A model generated the notes under the pieces. That model was not told where the DNA came from and did no database searches. It saw only the letters and a list, made by a program, of their open reading frames with translations. Below are positions 59,365 to 64,000 of a stretch of DNA of 64,000 nucleotides, in pieces (the stretch's first letter is position 1; each line of letters opens with the position of its first letter). Source of the DNA: an uncultured Gemmatimonadales bacterium (lineage in GTDB: Bacteria; Gemmatimonadota; Gemmatimonadetes; Longimicrobiales; RSA9); contig OY970192.1 of NCBI GenBank assembly GCA_963708135.1, forward strand, positions 4,832,001 to 4,896,000, read 5' to 3'. The position numbers and the translations under genes were made by a program.

Positions 59365-62013
59365 ATGGCTGATGCCAGTGGCCGCCTGAGCGCCGCCCTC
59401 TCGGGCCGCTACGGCATCGAGCGCGAGCTCGGTGAGGGCGGGATGGCCACGGTGTATCTGGCCGAAGACCTGAAGCACCGCCGGATGGTGGCGCTGAAGG
59501 TGCTCAAGCCGGAGCTGGCCGCGCTGGTGGGCGCGGACCGCTTCCTGACGGAGATCGAGACCACCGCCAACCTGCAGCACCCCCACATCCTGCCGCTCTT
59601 CGACTCGGGCGAGGCGGATGGATTCCTGTACTACGTGATGCCCTGGATCGAGGGCGAGTCGCTCCAGGGGCGACTCGACCGGGAGCACCAGCTTCCGATC
59701 GGTGAGGCGCTCGCGATCGCGGAGAAGGTGGCCGCGGCGCTGCAGTACGCGCACGAGCAGGGGGTGGTGCACCGGGACATCAAGCCGGATAACATCCTGC
59801 TCTCGCGGGGCGAGCCGCTCGTGGCCGACTTCGGCATTGCGCTGGCGGTGAGCCACGCCAGAGGCGGGCGCCTCACCGAGACCGGGCTCAGCGTGGGCAC
59901 GCCCCACTACATGAGCCCGGAGCAGGCCGCGGGCGAACGAGAGATCGATCCAAGATCGGACGTGTACTCACTGGCCTGCGTGCTGTACGAGATGCTCACC
60001 GGGCAGCCGCCCTTCGGCGGCACCACCGGCCAGGCGGTGCTCGCGCGCATCCTGACCGGAGAGCCCGATCGGCCCACCGCGCACCGACGCAGCGTCCCGG
60101 CCCACGTGGAGGCGGCGCTGCTCAAGGCGCTCGAGCGCCTTCCAGCCGACCGCTTCGCCAGCGCGGCGGCCTTCGCCGCGGCCCTCGAGAACCCGTCCTT
60201 CGGCGCGGACGCCCGCCGCCCCGCAGGAGCCGGCGCCGCCACCGCCGCGCCGCGGAGCTCGCCCGGGCGCCGGCTGCTTCCCTGGGCGATCGCGGTCCTC
60301 GCGGTGGCAGTCGCCGTGGCGTCAACCGTCTTCCGGCGCGGCGGTCCCGACCGCCATCCGCTCCGTGTCGATCTCATGCCGCCCGCGGGCACGGAGTTCT
60401 CCGAGTTCCGGTTTGCGGCTCTGTCTCCCGACGGGTCGAAGCTCGCGTTCGTCGGACTCCGTCCGGCCGGCGGGCGTGTGCTCTGGATCCGCGACCTCGA
60501 GAGCGGCCGCACGGATTCCCTTCACGCCGCCAGCGGCGCTCAGGCCCCGTTCTGGTCCCCCGACGGCAAGGCCATTGGCTACTTCGCCGCGGGGAACCTG
60601 CGGCGCATCCAGGCCGATGGCACCGCCGCGCAGTCGCTGTGCGACACTCCCGATGTCGGTGGCTCCTGGAGCAGCCGCGGCGCGATCGTATTCACCCGTC
60701 TCGGGCACCCCATGACCGTGGCTGCCGGCGGCGGCGCGTGCACGCCGGTGCGCGGCGCGTGGACGGACTCGTCGAAGACCGTCACTGAACCCGCCTGGCT
60801 CCCCGACGGCATCCACTTCGCCGCCACGGACGGGGGCATCAACATCGTGGTGAGCGACGTGGCCGGCGACGCGCCGCGGCTCATGATCGCCGATGCCGGT
60901 GACGTGCACTTCGTCGCGCCAGATCTCATCGTCTTCGCCAAGGGCAGCCCGGGGGGCGCCGATATCGTTGCCCAGCATTTCGAGCCCGGGACCCTCGCCC
61001 TCGTCGGCTCACCCACGACGCTCGCCCACGACGTCCGAGCGGCCAGCGGCGTCACCTCCTACGCCGTCACGGATAGCGCGCTGGTCTACCTGCATGCGAC
61101 CCGCACGGACCAGGGGCCGCTCGTCGTCGACGAGCGCGGGGTCATCGTGGACAGCATCGCCCAGCAGGGGTCCTGGACCTTGCGCCTGGCCAACGGCCAT
61201 CCCCTGCTGGCGCTGGCGGGCGACGGCGTCTGGGAGTACGACCTCGAGCGCCGCACCGCCGTTGTCGTGAGAGGCGCGAGCGCCATGTACGCATTCCCTG
61301 TGTGGAGCCCGGACGATACGATCCTCGCGGTCGCGCGCTGGAGCCCGCACTGCGCCGTGAGCCTGCTGCGGCTTCGATCCGGAACGGACACGATCATCGT
61401 CAACGAGCGGGAATCGCACCGCCGCCTGCTCTGTTCCTCCCCGAGCGACTGGACGCGGGACGGCCGCTTCCTCGTCCTGACGATGATTCCCGCAGGTTCT
61501 CCGGACCACGGAGAGATCTGGACCTACGAGCCGGCCACGGGGAAGCTCGACAAGCTCGTCGCCGTGGATGGGGCGGCCTCGGCAGGCGTGGTATCGCCCG
61601 ACGAGCGCTGGCTGGCCTACGTCTCCGACGAGACCGGTGAGCTGGAGGTATACGTGCGCCCCTTCCGCAGCGCGGGCGCCGCCGTGCGCGTGTCAACCCG
61701 CGGCGGCGGCAACCCGCGCTGGAGCGGCGACGGCCGCGCGCTCTTCTACATCGCGCCGGACGGATGGGTCGTGCGCGTGCCGGTCCCGGCGGGGCCCGAC
61801 CTGCGCCCGGGATCGCCGGAAGCCCTGTTTGCCGCCCCGCGGTGGAGCATCCGGCTGTTCGCGGATCAGGCTGGCGGACAGCAGCAGACGACCCCCTTCG
61901 ACGTGAGCGCCGATGGCAAGCGCTTCTTCGTGCGCCAGCGCAGCGAGACGACGCAGGCGGGCAACCTGGTCCTGGGCTGGCGTGCCCTGCTGGGCGAAAA
62001 GGCCGAGCCATGA
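59365..62013 (+). CDS. Ser/Thr kinase K15: kinase-TM-TolB-like propeller
   Basis: GGAGGAGG RBS; full motifs; PD40 blades. Confidence 0.95.
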   Translation: MADASGRLSAALSGRYGIERELGEGGMATVYLAEDLKHRRMVALKVLKPELAALVGADRFLTEIETTANLQHPHILPLFDSGEADGFLYYVMPWIEGESLQGRLDREHQLPIGEALAIAEKVAAALQYAHEQGVVHRDIKPDNILLSRGEPLVADFGIALAVSHARGGRLTETGLSVGTPHYMSPEQAAGEREIDPRSDVYSLACVLYEMLTGQPPFGGTTGQAVLARILTGEPDRPTAHRRSVPAHVEAALLKALERLPADRFASAAAFAAALENPSFGADARRPAGAGAATAAPRSSPGRRLLPWAIAVLAVAVAVASTVFRRGGPDRHPLRVDLMPPAGTEFSEFRFAALSPDGSKLAFVGLRPAGGRVLWIRDLESGRTDSLHAASGAQAPFWSPDGKAIGYFAAGNLRRIQADGTAAQSLCDTPDVGGSWSSRGAIVFTRLGHPMTVAAGGGACTPVRGAWTDSSKTVTEPAWLPDGIHFAATDGGINIVVSDVAGDAPRLMIADAGDVHFVAPDLIVFAKGSPGGADIVAQHFEPGTLALVGSPTTLAHDVRAASGVTSYAVTDSALVYLHATRTDQGPLVVDERGVIVDSIAQQGSWTLRLANGHPLLALAGDGVWEYDLERRTAVVVRGASAMYAFPVWSPDDTILAVARWSPHCAVSLLRLRSGTDTIIVNERESHRRLLCSSPSDWTRDGRFLVLTMIPAGSPDHGEIWTYEPATGKLDKLVAVDGAASAGVVSPDERWLAYVSDETGELEVYVRPFRSAGAAVRVSTRGGGNPRWSGDGRALFYIAPDGWVVRVPVPAGPDLRPGSPEALFAAPRWSIRLFADQAGGQQQTTPFDVSADGKRFFVRQRSETTQAGNLVLGWRALLGEKAEP

Positions 62014-62068
62014 CCCAACGACCGGCGGCCCACGGACGGGTGTCGTACACTTGCGCCGCGCTGGAGCG

Positions 62069-62602
62069 ATGAGCACTGCCGGCGACTGGCCGCGCCTCGT
62101 CCACCGCGCGCTCGCGGACGCCGGCATCACTCAGGTCGCCTACGTCCCCGACGCCGGCCACCGCCGCCTCATCGAGCTCTGCCACGCCGACCCCGCCATG
62201 CGGGCCGTGCCCCTCACCTCCGAGGAGGAGGGCGTGGGCCTCGCCGCCGGCGCCTGGCTCGGCGGCGCCCGCGCCGTCGTCCTCATGCAGTCCAGCGGCG
62301 TGGGCAACCTCCCCAACGCGCTCGCCATGGCGCAGGAGTGCGCCTTCCCCCTCGTCATCCTCGTCACCATGCGCGGCGAGGACGGCGAGACAAACCCATG
62401 GCAGGTGCCGATGGGCCGCGCCACCGGCCCGCTGCTCGAGGCCATGGGCGTCGAGGTCCGCCGCGTAACCGATCCAGGCGACGTCGCCGCCGCCGTCCGC
62501 CACGCGCTCGACCGCGCCTTCGCGGCCGAGAGTTCCCTGGCCGTCCTCATCGCCCAGCACATCATCGGCGTGAAGCAGTTCGCGGGCGAGGCGGCAAGGT
62601 GA
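62069..62602 (+). CDS. TPP-dependent sulfopyruvate/phosphonopyruvate decarboxylase-like alpha subunit
   Basis: YVPDAGH, LTSEEEGVG, LMQSSGVGN, VTMRGE..NPWQVPMG. Confidence 0.85.
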   Translation: MSTAGDWPRLVHRALADAGITQVAYVPDAGHRRLIELCHADPAMRAVPLTSEEEGVGLAAGAWLGGARAVVLMQSSGVGNLPNALAMAQECAFPLVILVTMRGEDGETNPWQVPMGRATGPLLEAMGVEVRRVTDPGDVAAAVRHALDRAFAAESSLAVLIAQHIIGVKQFAGEAAR

Positions 62603-63291
62603 GCCGGGACCTCGGGGCGACGGCAGCGGCAGCGGCGCCCGGCGGGGCAGGCGCGACGGCTGCAACCGCGCCCCCCGGCGAGGCAGGCCCCGGCAGCGTC
62701 ACCGCAGGCAGCGCGGCCATCCTCCAGCGCCGGGACGTCGTGGCCACGCTGCTCGCCGAGCGCGGGCCGCTCCTCGTCGTGGCCGGCCTTGGCGCCCCGG
62801 CCTGGGACGCGGCCGCCGCCGGCGATCACCCGCTCACCTTCCCGCTCTGGGGCGGGATGGGCCAGGCCGCCATGCTCGGCCTCGGCCTCGCCCTCGCCCG
62901 CCCCGACCGCCGCGTTCTCGTCCTCACCGGCGACGGCGAGATGCTCATGGGCCTCGGCGCCCTCGCCACCATCGCCGTGCAGCGCCCGCCGAACCTGGCG
63001 GTCGTCGTGCTCGACAACGAGCGCTATGGCGAGACCGGCATGCAGCCCACTCACACCGCCCACGGCGTGGACCTCGCCGCGGTCGCGACCGCGTGCGGGT
63101 TCGCGGCCGCGGCGACGGTGAGGAGCGCCGGGGAGGTCGCCGCGCTCCGCGTCGCCGTCCACGAGGCGGACGGGCCGATTCTCGCCGTGGTGAAGGTCGC
63201 CGCGGAGGCGTTGCCGCTGGTGCTGCCGCCCAGGGACGGCAGGCTGCTGAAGGAGCGCTTCCGGCGGGCGCTCGGGCCCGCATCGCGCTGA
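62599..63291 (+). CDS. TPP-dependent decarboxylase-like beta subunit
   Basis: TPP motif GDGEMLMG..VLDNERYGETG; GTGA overlap with the alpha subunit. Confidence 0.85.
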   Translation: MSRDLGATAAAAAPGGAGATAATAPPGEAGPGSVTAGSAAILQRRDVVATLLAERGPLLVVAGLGAPAWDAAAAGDHPLTFPLWGGMGQAAMLGLGLALARPDRRVLVLTGDGEMLMGLGALATIAVQRPPNLAVVVLDNERYGETGMQPTHTAHGVDLAAVATACGFAAAATVRSAGEVAALRVAVHEADGPILAVVKVAAEALPLVLPPRDGRLLKERFRRALGPASR

Positions 63292-63538
63292 GCCCGCCGG
63301 GGCGAAGTCGTGAACTGCACCCCGCCGTCCTTCGCGTGGCCACCGGGGCCAATTGACGGCTTGTGGCGCCGCCAAGTCAGTCCCGGCAGGCCCGCCGGAC
63401 CGCGCCGGGGTCAAATCCACTGGTCCCGCTCGTGCGAGGTTGCCCCAACTCCGGACGGAGTCGGCGTTGGGGAAGCGTTCACGTCGCCCCCGCCGCAGCG
63501 GGCCTGGAAGCTACGAGGCCCGGTCGGCCTCCGCCCCG

Positions 63539-63606
63539 CCGGGACGCTTCGAGGTCTCGTCGCCCGCCGGCCGACCGGGACGCTTCGAGGTCTCGTCGCC
63601 CGCCGG
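63539..63606. repeat. Two exact 32-bp direct repeats, 36-bp period
   Basis: CCGGGACGCTTCGAGGTCTCGTCGCCCGCCGG at 63539-63570 and 63575-63606. Confidence 0.9.
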
Positions 63607-63616
63607 GCGGTCGAGC

Positions 63617-64000
63617 CTACGGGACCAGGGCCTGCGCGAGCCGGGCCACCGTGGCCAAGCGCCCGTCGTTGAGGTCCGTCCAGGTGAAGCGCAGCACACG
63701 GTATCCCGCGGCCGTCAGCTCGGCGTCCCGCCGGCGGTCGTTGACGAAGGCGCGCCTCGAGGAGTGAAATGCATATCCATCCACCTCCGCCACGACGCGC
63801 GCGCTCCGCCATGCGAAATCCACCTCGTGGCCGAGCACCCTCACGTTGAGCTCCGGGCGGGGCAGGCTGGCGCTCCGCGTGATCTCGAGTAGCCTCTCCT
63901 CCGCTTCGGAGCGCGTGAAGGACAGGCGCCCTTCGACGTCCAGTAGCTGCCGCAGCAGTGGCGCCCCGCGATGCTTCGGGTGTCGCTCGACCATCAGCCG
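63617..64000 (-). CDS. DUF559/Vsr-like PD-(D/E)xK endonuclease domain protein, 5' end outside window
   Basis: TRSEAEERL..PELNVRV..EVDFAW..AEVDGYAFH..DRRRDAEL..GYRVLRFTW. Confidence 0.88.
   Translation of the reverse strand, partial: RLMVERHPKHRGAPLLRQLLDVEGRLSFTRSEAEERLLEITRSASLPRPELNVRVLGHEVDFAWRSARVVAEVDGYAFHSSRRAFVNDRRRDAELTAAGYRVLRFTWTDLNDGRLATVARLAQALVP

Noticed and set aside
11017..59907. Recurrent long antisense ORFs (MQQDVLGLDVAV... type) as a second gene family
   Set aside because: They are mirror frames of the kinase genes caused by GC3 bias; no independent motifs or RBS.
12688..62013. Integron, shufflon or diversity-generating retroelement
   Set aside because: No tyrosine/serine recombinase, reverse transcriptase, attC-like intergenic sites or TR/VR pair seen in the window.
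63539..63606. CRISPR array
   Set aside because: Only two copies with a 4-bp spacer and no cas genes.

Overview
Very GC-rich bacterial DNA, probably Gemmatimonadota (inferred from the 'RLAAALADRYRIERELGxGGMATVYLA' kinase family; not checked by search). The left ~12 kb holds a KaiC-like ATPase, a frameshifted YcbB-type L,D-transpeptidase, an HTH regulator, an AI-2E transporter, a lipoprotein, YqgE/AlgH, an unusual Clp-N/GntR(YtrA) fusion with a matching operator, a PP2C phosphatase and a serine hydrolase. The main feature (12.7-62 kb) is a co-oriented array of Hanks-type Ser/Thr kinases: 14 full-length genes (13 kinase-TM-TolB-like propeller, 1 kinase-TM-TPR), one in-frame internally deleted copy, and two 5' stubs. 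Eleven units run head-to-tail from 28946 to 56258, mostly translationally coupled. The kinase halves are homogenised by mosaic identical DNA tracts, while the sensor halves are divergent and appear swapped between kinase subtypes. Both stubs break at the Gly-rich loop and are followed by toxin-antitoxin-type modules. This suggests a recombination-diversified receptor-kinase repertoire with TA modules embedded in it. No integrase, reverse transcriptase, CRISPR array or RNA gene was recognised.
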